From Copranaerobaculum intestinale (lineage in GTDB: Bacteria > Bacillota_I > Bacilli_A > Erysipelotrichales > Erysipelotrichaceae), in assembly GCF_009831105.1 (NCBI RefSeq), contig NZ_WUUQ01000002.1, positions 630,001 through 662,000 of the forward strand: DNA of 32,000 nt. Direction: 5' to 3'. Below the pieces are notes generated by a model. The model worked only from the letters and a program-made list of their open reading frames with translations, was not told where the DNA came from and did no database searches. Every line of letters starts with the position of its first letter. Within the stretch, counting starts at the first letter, position 1. Both the position numbers and the translations under genes were made by a program. Positions 7,921-16,336 of this stretch are shown here, piece by piece.

Positions 7921-9198
7921 TTATTTTTTTGGCAAAATGGTAACAACTGCTTCACGAGCTGAATCAATTTGATCCATCGCATACCATAAATCATCCAGCG
8001 TAATCTTCATCGCCATGTCCATCGTTTCAAAGAAATCGATGTGATTGAAGAAATTACGCATATACGTTACTGCAATTTCATCGAAATTGTTTAAACTTCG
8101 TACCGCTTGACCAAAATAGCGGCGTTTCAGCTGATTGAGCGTAGATTCCTGAATCCCGTTGTCACGCACTTTTTTCAGACTGCTGTGGATGAAGCTGCGG
8201 AACTGTTCAACATTATCCGTTTCATTGTAAAACATGAGAAAACCATAATCCGTTCCAAAATCCGCATCATAACCAAAATAATCATTGATGATCTTTTCAT
8301 CAAGCCATTGCTGATAGTCCGGATTCAAAGAGGTAAAAGAAGCATCCAGTAAAATACGGAATGCCCACTCCAACTTCAGCCGTTCCTTCCAGTCCGCTAT
8401 TCCCTCCAGTTTATAAGCAACTGCCAGCTTCGGGGTAGTTACATCCATTTCAAAGCTAAATGAAGGCCTTGCTACATCCTTTGGTTCATCATACGACTTT
8501 CTAGTTACATGTGCAACCTTGGAAAATTCGCGCTGACTTTGATCATCTCGTATTTCTTTCATTAATTGCTTTGGATCATGTCCGCTCACCCCGATCAATA
8601 TCATTTTGCTGGGATGATAATTCAGGCGATAGCAATCCTGCAGCTGTTCATAAGTAATGCTGGAAACGCTTTTATCATCGCCGCCGATATCAAAACGCAT
8701 CGGATGATTCACAAACAAAGAAGTGAAGGTTTCCATCAACAGCCGAGAATCACTCATCTGCTTATACATATTCAGTTCCTGAATGATGATGCCTTTTTCC
8801 TTCTCTACCGATGCTTTACTGATATGCAGGTTTTGTGCCAGTTCCAGTAAAAGGTGCAGCGGCTGGATCGGATCACCAGAGGTTGAAAAGTAATACGCAG
8901 TTTCAGTATAGGAAGTAAAAGCATTCACATTTGCCCCCATCTTTGAAAACTTGTCCATGATATCACAGGTTTCATCCTCAAACATTTTATGCTCCAGAAA
9001 ATGTGCAATTCCGGCCGGAAATGTAATTTCCTTGCCTGCTTCATCAACCTGCTCCATATCCAAAGCACCCAACGGCGTCGCAATCATGAAATATGATTTT
9101 TCAAATCCCGGCTTATTCCACAAAACTACATGCAGCCCATTATCCAACGTTTCTTCAAAGTAGGTTTCCTGATACGTATCATTTGTTATTTTCTTCAT
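7921..9198 (-). CDS. M16 family zinc peptidase, catalytic subunit (YmfH-like)
   Basis: Inverted zincin motif HFLEH (HxxEH) with a downstream E. I chose the ATG at 9198 (MKKITND), 6 nt after AGGAGG. The ATG at 9204 abuts the SD. Confidence 0.85.
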   Translation of the reverse strand: MKKITNDTYQETYFEETLDNGLHVVLWNKPGFEKSYFMIATPLGALDMEQVDEAGKEITFPAGIAHFLEHKMFEDETCDIMDKFSKMGANVNAFTSYTETAYYFSTSGDPIQPLHLLLELAQNLHISKASVEKEKGIIIQELNMYKQMSDSRLLMETFTSLFVNHPMRFDIGGDDKSVSSITYEQLQDCYRLNYHPSKMILIGVSGHDPKQLMKEIRDDQSQREFSKVAHVTRKSYDEPKDVARPSFSFEMDVTTPKLAVAYKLEGIADWKERLKLEWAFRILLDASFTSLNPDYQQWLDEKIINDYFGYDADFGTDYGFLMFYNETDNVEQFRSFIHSSLKKVRDNGIQESTLNQLKRRYFGQAVRSLNNFDEIAVTYMRNFFNHIDFFETMDMAMKITLDDLWYAMDQIDSAREAVVTILPKK

Positions 9199-10447
9199 GG
9201 TCATCCTCCTTTGTCAAAACATAGGTCAAAGCATGCGTGCATTTCTTCATGACCCGAACAACATCCTCTTTGGTCGTATTTTGAATAATCTTTACCAAAT
9301 CTTCAATTTCAGACTGCTGTTTCAATAATGCATTCTGATAGGCTAATGAAAACAGCGAGCCCATATCGTCCTTGGTTGAACGAAGCGAATTGATAAGGAG
9401 CATCTTACTGGTTGTAAGAAGTTCCTCGTCAAATTCACCGTTCTTCATCCGATCCATTTGAATATGAATCAAATCAAGTGTTTTCTCAAGATTTTCTTTC
9501 TCAATTCCAGTCATGATGCCAAGTGCCCCGTCAAAGCTGATCAAGTTGGAGAATATTGAGTAACACAGACTGTTTTTCTCGCGTACTTCCTGAAACAACA
9601 AGGAGGGAGAATATTGGCCTAACATCGCATTCGCAACTTTAAGCTTCCAATAATCCTGATCAGTGATTTCCGTGTGTGTAAACCACAGCATCATAACGCT
9701 GGTCTGTGAAATATCGCGATATTCTTCAATGATACCTTCACGTTTACTGATTTGTGCAGCGTAATGAACCAGCTCTGACGGCTTACGGAAAGCAAATGGA
9801 AAGGCTGATTTTATGGCATTCCGCATCTGTGCTTCATCAAAATCACCGCATACAATTATTTCTATGGGAGCGGTCTGAATCATCGCTTCATATACATCGC
9901 TCACATCGCTTATCTGCATATTCGCCAGCAGCGCCGGATCCCCCAGTGCGGATATCCCCAGCGCAGTACCTTCACCGGCCAGCTGCAAGCATCGCATAAC
10001 CGACCACTGTGACGGTTCATCCTTGGACCGATCCATTTTAAACTGCAGGATTTCTTTTGCTTCCTGAAACAGTTCTTGATCCAGCTTTCCCTGCTGTTTT
10101 TTGGGATGAAAAATCACTTCATGAAGAAAATCCAGCCATGTTTTCAACAGCTGATCATCCTGCACGTAACGGGGATTGATGATTTTGGATCGAATTTCCA
10201 ACACCTGTGCTTTGCCATAACCCATCGTTTGCGCATTTAATGTGATTCCGTAGAGTTCATCGGCGATATCCGCCATTTTCTGCTTTGTATCATATTTTTC
10301 ACAGCGATCACAGAGCATCAGTGCCAGCAGTGATCGGGCCGTAGCTTCTTTCGCTGTCAACGGATTCAAAAAACGAATGCTGCAGCCGATGTCTTTAAAC
10401 TTATCCGTTTTCAATAAACGAATTTGTACACCCTCATCCATATTCAT
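9179..10447 (-). CDS. M16 family peptidase-like protein lacking HxxEH (YmfF-like, probably the non-catalytic partner)
   Basis: Insulinase-like length and layout, but the position equivalent to HxxEH reads LLALMLCD. I chose the ATG at 10447 (MNMDEGV), after GGAATGGAGG. It overlaps the downstream partner gene by 20 nt. Confidence 0.8.
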   Translation of the reverse strand: MNMDEGVQIRLLKTDKFKDIGCSIRFLNPLTAKEATARSLLALMLCDRCEKYDTKQKMADIADELYGITLNAQTMGYGKAQVLEIRSKIINPRYVQDDQLLKTWLDFLHEVIFHPKKQQGKLDQELFQEAKEILQFKMDRSKDEPSQWSVMRCLQLAGEGTALGISALGDPALLANMQISDVSDVYEAMIQTAPIEIIVCGDFDEAQMRNAIKSAFPFAFRKPSELVHYAAQISKREGIIEEYRDISQTSVMMLWFTHTEITDQDYWKLKVANAMLGQYSPSLLFQEVREKNSLCYSIFSNLISFDGALGIMTGIEKENLEKTLDLIHIQMDRMKNGEFDEELLTTSKMLLINSLRSTKDDMGSLFSLAYQNALLKQQSEIEDLVKIIQNTTKEDVVRVMKKCTHALTYVLTKEDDHEENNK

Positions 10448-10500
10448 GATAAAACCTCCATTCCTTTCTAGTATGGTATATTTCCAACCGCTTACCACGT

Positions 10501-10533
10501 AAAATCAAAGAAAGGTCTGCTTTTTACAGACCT
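10501..10533 (-). terminator. Rho-independent terminator of the ABC importer operon
   Basis: Minus strand: GGTCTG-TAAAAAG-CAGACC followed by TTTCTTTGATTTT. Confidence 0.75.
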
Positions 10534-10540
10534 TATCATC

Positions 10541-11491
10541 TTAACGTTTGCCTGAATCGTAAATCTCACCGGAGGCTTTCGGACCGACCGACTTGCGGGC
10601 GAATAAAATCAACGCAATGATCGTCAGAATATACGGAATACAATAGAAGAATTCCGAAGGCAGAGATTTCAATCCAGGAATAAATCCAGAATATTTTGAG
10701 AGCGTCTGGGAGAAACCGAAGAATACTCCGGCCGCCAGACAGCCAAACGGTTTCCATTTGCCGAAGATAAGACATGCCATGGCAATGAATCCGACACCGT
10801 GAATAGCCAGTACCGAGAACTGAATATTCGTGGTCAAAACCATGATGCCGCCCGACAGACCACCGAGTGCACCGGAAGTCAGAACGCCGATATAACGCAT
10901 CTTTTCTACCTTGATACCCATAGAAGCACTCGCTTGCGGATACTCACCGCAGGAACGCAGGTGCAGCCCGAATTTTGTTTTAAAGACAACAAACCAGGTA
11001 ACCAATACCAAGAACAAGGCAATGTAGAAGGTTGGATATAAATCCGAGAAGAACAGCTTTCCGATAACCGGAATATCCTTCAGTACCGGGATGCTGATAC
11101 GGGTGAAATTCTCCGTAAAGGTAGGAGTACGCTGTCCCTTGAAAATCAGCTGACACAGATAAATCGTTAATCCGGTAGAAAGCATATTCAGCGCTGTGCC
11201 GGAGATCGTCTGATCGGCTTTCAAAGCGATCGAAGCATATGCGTGAATCCAAGAATACAGACACCCGGCTACCATGCCTGCCAAAATAGATACCCAAGGG
11301 GTCAGTGCCCCAAGCGCGTCTGCGGTTAGCACCGATACGGTGGCGCCGACAAAGGCTCCAACCAGCATGATACCTTCCAAAGCGATGTTTACAACACCGC
11401 TTCGTTCAGAGAACAAACCACCCAACGCGGTAATAATAATCGGTGTGGCAATACCAAGTGCCATCGGGAACATTTCATACAACAGATTCAT
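10541..11491 (-). CDS. ABC transporter permease (BMP/nucleoside-type, YufQ/NupQ-like)
   Basis: 316 aa polytopic membrane protein of the branched-chain/ribose-type permease family. Its ATG overlaps the upstream permease stop (ATGA). Confidence 0.9.
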   Translation of the reverse strand: MNLLYEMFPMALGIATPIIITALGGLFSERSGVVNIALEGIMLVGAFVGATVSVLTADALGALTPWVSILAGMVAGCLYSWIHAYASIALKADQTISGTALNMLSTGLTIYLCQLIFKGQRTPTFTENFTRISIPVLKDIPVIGKLFFSDLYPTFYIALFLVLVTWFVVFKTKFGLHLRSCGEYPQASASMGIKVEKMRYIGVLTSGALGGLSGGIMVLTTNIQFSVLAIHGVGFIAMACLIFGKWKPFGCLAAGVFFGFSQTLSKYSGFIPGLKSLPSEFFYCIPYILTIIALILFARKSVGPKASGEIYDSGKR

Positions 11492-12594
11492 TGTGAAACA
11501 CTCCCTTCTTTTTTCTCAAGCCGCCGTTTGGCGATACGACCAATGATTATTTTTATGCCATACTGCATGGCAACAAACAAGACGATGGAGGAAGAAATGA
11601 TCTCTCCGATCTGTTTAGGCACACCGGCAATCTGCATAATCGGCTGAGCTACCTTCAGCATGCCGAACAATAACCCTGCCAGTACGATGCCGATCGCATT
11701 ACATGCGCCGACCAATCCGACTGCAATCCCATCAAATCCATAGTTTTCAAATGCTGCCAGAGTACGGCCCTGATTGAATACGCCCAACGCAACAATCGTT
11801 CCCGCAAGTCCGGCAAACGCGCCCGAAATCATCATTGAGGTAATGATATTGCGATCCACCTTCAGACCAGCGTATCGAGCCCCCTCTTTATTAAAGCCGG
11901 TCGCCCGAAGACTATATCCAAAGGATGTTTTTTCGATGATAAACCAATATAGAAGTACTGATGCAATAACAATCAGAATTCCCCAGTTCAAGCGGGAATT
12001 TCCGGTTAAACCGGATAAGAAATCCGAATTCAAGGAAGCACTGGCCGGAATCATTGCCGTTTTTGATTCAGTAGAGCCCGGCAATGCTCTCACCACCCAG
12101 TTTGAGAAATACATACCGGTATAGTTCAGCATGATGCAGACAACCACCTCATGTACATTAAATTTACTCTTTAATAAACCGGGAATGAACCCCCATAAGG
12201 CTCCGGCCAACGCACCGGCAGCGACACAGGCGATCACATGCAGAACCCCTGGGAGCGGAACCATGATTGCGACAACGACGGAAGCCATTCCGCCTACCAT
12301 GACCTGCCCTTCCGCACCAATATTAAACAATCCGGTACGATAAGCAAATCCTACAGACAGTCCGGTTAAAATAATCGGCATGGAGAAGACAATAAATTCT
12401 CCGAGATAACGCAGATTTAAGCCAGTCCCCATCGTCAAATTAATTCCGAAGGTCCCCCGCAGCAGCGCATTGAACAGAATCATCGGGCTGTGACCGGAAG
12501 CAATCAAGATGACAACTCCCAGCAGAATACCGATAAAGACGGCCAGCAGCGAGATCAATAAGGTATCTTTTTTACTGTTCACACGCAGCACCAT
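11488..12594 (-). CDS. ABC transporter permease (BMP/nucleoside-type, YufP/NupP-like)
   Basis: 368 aa polytopic membrane protein. The start is ambiguous: ATG at 12594 abuts the SD, while GTG at 12582 lies 9 nt after AAAGGA. Confidence 0.9.
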   Translation of the reverse strand: MVLRVNSKKDTLLISLLAVFIGILLGVVILIASGHSPMILFNALLRGTFGINLTMGTGLNLRYLGEFIVFSMPIILTGLSVGFAYRTGLFNIGAEGQVMVGGMASVVVAIMVPLPGVLHVIACVAAGALAGALWGFIPGLLKSKFNVHEVVVCIMLNYTGMYFSNWVVRALPGSTESKTAMIPASASLNSDFLSGLTGNSRLNWGILIVIASVLLYWFIIEKTSFGYSLRATGFNKEGARYAGLKVDRNIITSMMISGAFAGLAGTIVALGVFNQGRTLAAFENYGFDGIAVGLVGACNAIGIVLAGLLFGMLKVAQPIMQIAGVPKQIGEIISSSIVLFVAMQYGIKIIIGRIAKRRLEKKEGSVSQ

Positions 12595-14110
12595 CCTTTC
12601 TAAGCGAACCCGACATCAATAACCCAAGCTCATTTTCATTTGTTGCTTTGGCATCCATGACACCGTTCAGACAGCCATCGAATATAACCGCAATCCGATC
12701 GGAAACATCCAGCACTTCATCCAGCTCCAGAGAAACCATCAAAATTGCTTTTCCTTTATCCCGTTCCTCAATAATACGCTTATGTATGTATTCAATCGCC
12801 CCAACATCCAAGCCGCGAGTTGGCTGAACGACGATCAGCAGCTTCGGCGAGCGATGAATTTCACGAGCTACAATTGCCTTCTGCTGGTTACCGCCGGACA
12901 TACTGCGGGTCAGCGAGTCTTTCCCTTCACCGCTGCGTACATCGAATTCTTCAATTAACACTTCTGCATTCTTATCGATTTCTTTTTCCTGAAGGATCAT
13001 ATTTTTGCAGAAAGGCGCTTCGTTATATTCATGAATAATGAAATTTTCTTTCAATGGGAAATCCAAGATCAAGCCGTGCTTATGGCGATCCTCCGGAATA
13101 TGACCCATTCCTAAATTGCACCGTTCTTTGATGGATTTGTGTGTGATATCCTCACCATCCAGCAAAATCTGCCCAGACTCAATCGGTGACATACCGGTTA
13201 AAGCAAATACCAGCTCACTTTGACCATTCCCGTCAATTCCGGCAAGTCCAACCACTTCACCAGCTCGTACATCCAACGAGAAATCCTTTACACCCAAAAC
13301 ACCCTTGCTGTTTTTAACATTCAGATTCCTTATCTGCAATACGACATCACCAGGCTTAGCATCTTTTTTATCAACAGTAAAGCTGACTTCACGGCCAACC
13401 ATCATCTCTGCCATCTTCTCTTCATCAGTATCTTTCACATCAACTGTACCGATGTATTTACCGCGGCGTAGAACGCTGCATTTATCTGCAACCGCTTTGA
13501 TTTCCTTCAGCTTATGCGTAATCAAAAGAATACTTTTTCCCTCTTTGACCAAACGTTTCATGATTTCCATCAGATCCTCGATCTCCTGCGGTGTCAATAC
13601 CGCTGTCGGTTCATCAAAGATCAGAATATCAGCGTTACGATACAGCATCTTTAAAATTTCAACACGCTGCTGCATCCCAACCGAAATATCCGAAATCAAA
13701 CTATTCGGTTCCACATTCAGCCCATACAGCTCTGACAGCTCCTTAATTTTCGCAGCGGCCGATTTGGTATCAACCATACCGTGTTTGGTCGGCTCCATGC
13801 CCAGAATGATATTTTCGGTAACCGTAAAGCATTCAATTAATTTGAAATGCTGATGTACCATTCCGATTCCCAAAGCAGTTGCCACATTAGGATCCGTAAT
13901 ATTTACTTCTTTCTCATTAATACGAATCGTACCGGATGTCGGCTGATATAAACCGAACAGGATCGACATAAGCGTCGATTTACCAGCACCGTTTTCACCC
14001 AATAGCGCATGGATCGTTCCCTTTTCCACTTTTACCGTCACATTATCATTTGCGCGGATACCAGGAAAATCCTTAGTGATATTGAGCATTTCAACTGCGT
14101 ACGTCATCAT
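12572..14110 (-). CDS. ABC transporter ATP-binding protein with duplicated ATPase domains (YufO/NupO-like)
   Basis: 512 aa. Walker A GENGAGKST, signature motifs (VGMQQRVEI, SGGNQQKA) and Walker B ILIFDEPT / LLIVVQPT. The alternative start at 14107 has better SD spacing. Confidence 0.92.
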   Translation of the reverse strand: MMTYAVEMLNITKDFPGIRANDNVTVKVEKGTIHALLGENGAGKSTLMSILFGLYQPTSGTIRINEKEVNITDPNVATALGIGMVHQHFKLIECFTVTENIILGMEPTKHGMVDTKSAAAKIKELSELYGLNVEPNSLISDISVGMQQRVEILKMLYRNADILIFDEPTAVLTPQEIEDLMEIMKRLVKEGKSILLITHKLKEIKAVADKCSVLRRGKYIGTVDVKDTDEEKMAEMMVGREVSFTVDKKDAKPGDVVLQIRNLNVKNSKGVLGVKDFSLDVRAGEVVGLAGIDGNGQSELVFALTGMSPIESGQILLDGEDITHKSIKERCNLGMGHIPEDRHKHGLILDFPLKENFIIHEYNEAPFCKNMILQEKEIDKNAEVLIEEFDVRSGEGKDSLTRSMSGGNQQKAIVAREIHRSPKLLIVVQPTRGLDVGAIEYIHKRIIEERDKGKAILMVSLELDEVLDVSDRIAVIFDGCLNGVMDAKATNENELGLLMSGSLRKDGAACEQ

Positions 14111-14134
14111 GCTCCTCCTTTATCATGTATACTT

Positions 14135-14143
14135 ATTATACCA
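14135..14143 (-). promoter_or_regulatory. Putative internal extended -10 promoter for the ATPase-permease genes
   Basis: Minus strand: TGGTATAAT (TGn + TATAAT). The -35 is weak (TAGGCA at 17-nt spacing). It lies downstream of the SBP gene terminator. Confidence 0.4.
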
Positions 14144-14274
14144 TATTTACATATTCATGCCTATCATAGCTGATGAAAAAGCACAGTCCTTTTCCTTGTA
14201 AATTTCTCGTCAAAAAAGCAATCACAGCAAATTTGAAAAGGCTTACATAGTATACAAAATTTGAAGCGGATTGT

Positions 14275-14300
14275 AAATAAAAAAGCGGGATTTTCCCGCT
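14275..14300 (-). terminator. Rho-independent terminator after the substrate-binding protein gene
   Basis: Minus strand: AGCGGGA-AAA-TCCCGCT followed by TTTTTATTT. Confidence 0.8.
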
Positions 14301-14322
14301 CTTTCCTAAAAATAGGTATTCT

Positions 14323-15411
14323 TTATTTTGCCAATTCGTCCAGAACCTGCTGTCCTGTCATCATATTACCGTTTTTGATAATATATTTTGTGCTTACTTT
14401 CGTATCGCCCTTCTTAATAGCGGCAACTACTTCGTCCAATTTGCTGGAAATATCATCGCTCAGGTTCGGGTTCTTTTTCGGATAGCCTACACCTTCATTA
14501 GCAAGGTTAAACAGTTTGGTTTTACCGCCTTTGAATTTACCATCCAGAACTGACTTGGAAATTTGTTCGGTTGCTGAATCGACACGCTTCATCGCACTGG
14601 TCAGGATAACTGATTTTTCAGTATCTTTATCCAAACCATCTTTGTACTGGTCGCGGTCAACGCCGATAACCCATACTTTTTCACCGTTTTTAGCGCGTTC
14701 CATCGCTTCTTTAATGGCACCGTTTCCGGCATTACCTGCCGCATGATAGATAACCTTAGCGCCGGCATTATACTGTTTCTGTGCTACGGTCTGACCAGCT
14801 GCTGCATCTTCAAATGAACCAGCGTAGTCAACATAAATCTTCAAGGTAGGGTCAACAGATGCAACACCCTGTTCGAATCCGGCCTGGAATGCTCCGATTG
14901 TGTCGCCTTCCATACCACCGATAAAGCCTACAGTGTCGCCGCCTTCAGCTTTCGTCTGCATGGCTGCTGCAACACCTGCTAAGTAAGAGCTCTCTTCTGC
15001 CGCGAATACACCAGATACAACATTCTTTCCTTTTACAACGGTGTCAATTACGAAGAATTTCGTATCCGGATAGTCTTTGGAAACCTGTCCCATTGCTTTA
15101 TCAAACAGGTAACCGGCAGCAACGACCAGATCGTTTCCGTCTTCAGCCATCTGACTCAGGTTTGGAACGTAGTCCGCATCGCTTTTTGATTCAACATAAC
15201 TGATGCAACTCTTGTCGATCTTGTTGTCTTTTGCGAATTTTTTGATTCCTTCGTAAGAAGACTGGTTGAATGATTTGTCATCAATTCCGCCTGTGTCGGT
15301 TACAAATCCGATTTTAACCGGACATTTCTCGCTGTCGCCGCCACTGCCGCAACCTGCTAATGTAGCAGCTGCCATCAGGGAGACTAACCCAACTTTCATA
15401 AATTTGTTCAT
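14323..15411 (-). CDS. BMP family ABC transporter substrate-binding lipoprotein (YufN/NupN, PnrA/TmpC-like nucleoside binding)
   Basis: Signal peptide plus lipobox MNKFMKVGLVSLMAAATLAGC. BMP-family body (IGFVTDTGGIDDKSFNQ). I chose the ATG at 15411, downstream of GGAGGGA. Confidence 0.9.
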   Translation of the reverse strand: MNKFMKVGLVSLMAAATLAGCGSGGDSEKCPVKIGFVTDTGGIDDKSFNQSSYEGIKKFAKDNKIDKSCISYVESKSDADYVPNLSQMAEDGNDLVVAAGYLFDKAMGQVSKDYPDTKFFVIDTVVKGKNVVSGVFAAEESSYLAGVAAAMQTKAEGGDTVGFIGGMEGDTIGAFQAGFEQGVASVDPTLKIYVDYAGSFEDAAAGQTVAQKQYNAGAKVIYHAAGNAGNGAIKEAMERAKNGEKVWVIGVDRDQYKDGLDKDTEKSVILTSAMKRVDSATEQISKSVLDGKFKGGKTKLFNLANEGVGYPKKNPNLSDDISSKLDEVVAAIKKGDTKVSTKYIIKNGNMMTGQQVLDELAK

Positions 15412-15462
15412 GTTTTGTTTTCCCTCCATGTTCTTTATGAAAGACCGTAAGGTCCTACCAAA

Positions 15463-15491
15463 ATATTACAATGTTATCACATGATTGTCAA
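15463..15491 (-). promoter_or_regulatory. Sigma-A promoter of the BMP lipoprotein gene
   Basis: Minus strand: TTGACA (15491..15486), 17-nt spacer, TAATAT (15468..15463). It begins only 9 nt after the yjjW stop. Confidence 0.6.
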
Positions 15492-15499
15492 CAATTCAC

Positions 15500-16336
15500 C
15501 TAGATTATCACACATGTTTTGGTAGCGTTTTCACGACAGATCAATTCATATTGCTCCATCGCTTCTTTTGGATAGGTATGATTGCCAAATGCGGTGATTC
15601 CGGCTTCCCTTACACCGAAGGGACGATAACGAATCAGCTTATAGCGGGAGCGTCCCTGCAGATGTGACGATACATAGCGTACCGTCTTCTCATTTTCTTC
15701 ATCGCGCTCAGGCAGGATGACCGTGCGAACCTCTTCCAGTTTGTCGATTTCCAACAGATAATCCAAATTTTTCAAAACCATCGCATTATCACATGCGCAA
15801 AGCTCCTGATGAAACACCGGATCAACGGCTTTGACATCCAGCATAACCCCGTCACAAACCTGCATCAGTTCAGGGAATTTACGGAAATCATGAATCCCAT
15901 TGCTGTCGATCAGGCAAGTAAGGCCGAGGCGCTGCACCTTTTGAAACAGCTCCAGCAAATAATCAGCCTGATTCATGCATTCCCCGCCGCTGACCGTTAT
16001 ACCGCGGATAAACGGCTTTACCTGTTTGATATGCGCAACCAGATCATCCACCTCAATTTCTTTGATCTTCGGGGTGGCAAGGTTGGGGCATACATGAATA
16101 CACGTATCACATTCCACACATTTCTCATCATCCCATACTACCTTGCCATCCTCAAAGGACAGTGCCTGGGCCGGGCACTGCTTCACACAAGTTCCGCAGT
16201 TTACGCATAATCGGATCGTCTCAGGATTATGACAGTATAAACATCGAAACGGACAGCTTTGAAAAAAGATGGCACAGCGGTTGCCTGGGCCATCTACATT
16301 GGAAAAATCAATAATTTTATTGATGGGAGCTTTCAT
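15500..16336 (-). CDS. yjjW: YjjW-family glycyl-radical enzyme activase (radical SAM with two ferredoxin-type clusters)
   Basis: VDGPGNR, radical-SAM CPFRCLYC (CxxxCxxC), plus CVNCGTCVKQCP and CVECDTCIHVCP. The start is ambiguous. ATG at 16336 (MKAPINKII) fits the N-terminal length I recall for homologues. ATG at 16366 has the better SD (TGGAG). Either overlaps the yjjI 3' end. Confidence 0.85.
   Translation of the reverse strand: MKAPINKIIDFSNVDGPGNRCAIFFQSCPFRCLYCHNPETIRLCVNCGTCVKQCPAQALSFEDGKVVWDDEKCVECDTCIHVCPNLATPKIKEIEVDDLVAHIKQVKPFIRGITVSGGECMNQADYLLELFQKVQRLGLTCLIDSNGIHDFRKFPELMQVCDGVMLDVKAVDPVFHQELCACDNAMVLKNLDYLLEIDKLEEVRTVILPERDEENEKTVRYVSSHLQGRSRYKLIRYRPFGVREAGITAFGNHTYPKEAMEQYELICRENATKTCVII

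Noticed and set aside
13305-13853. 182-aa plus-strand ORF inside the ABC ATPase gene
   Set aside because: It is antisense to a gene with unmistakable Walker and signature motifs. It has a Ser/Ile/Phe-rich composition and no SD. It is a typical shadow ORF, as are 1606..1980, 2280..2645, 3247..3648, 5239..5610, 15809..16210, 16269..16634, 24701..25024 and 26291..26734.
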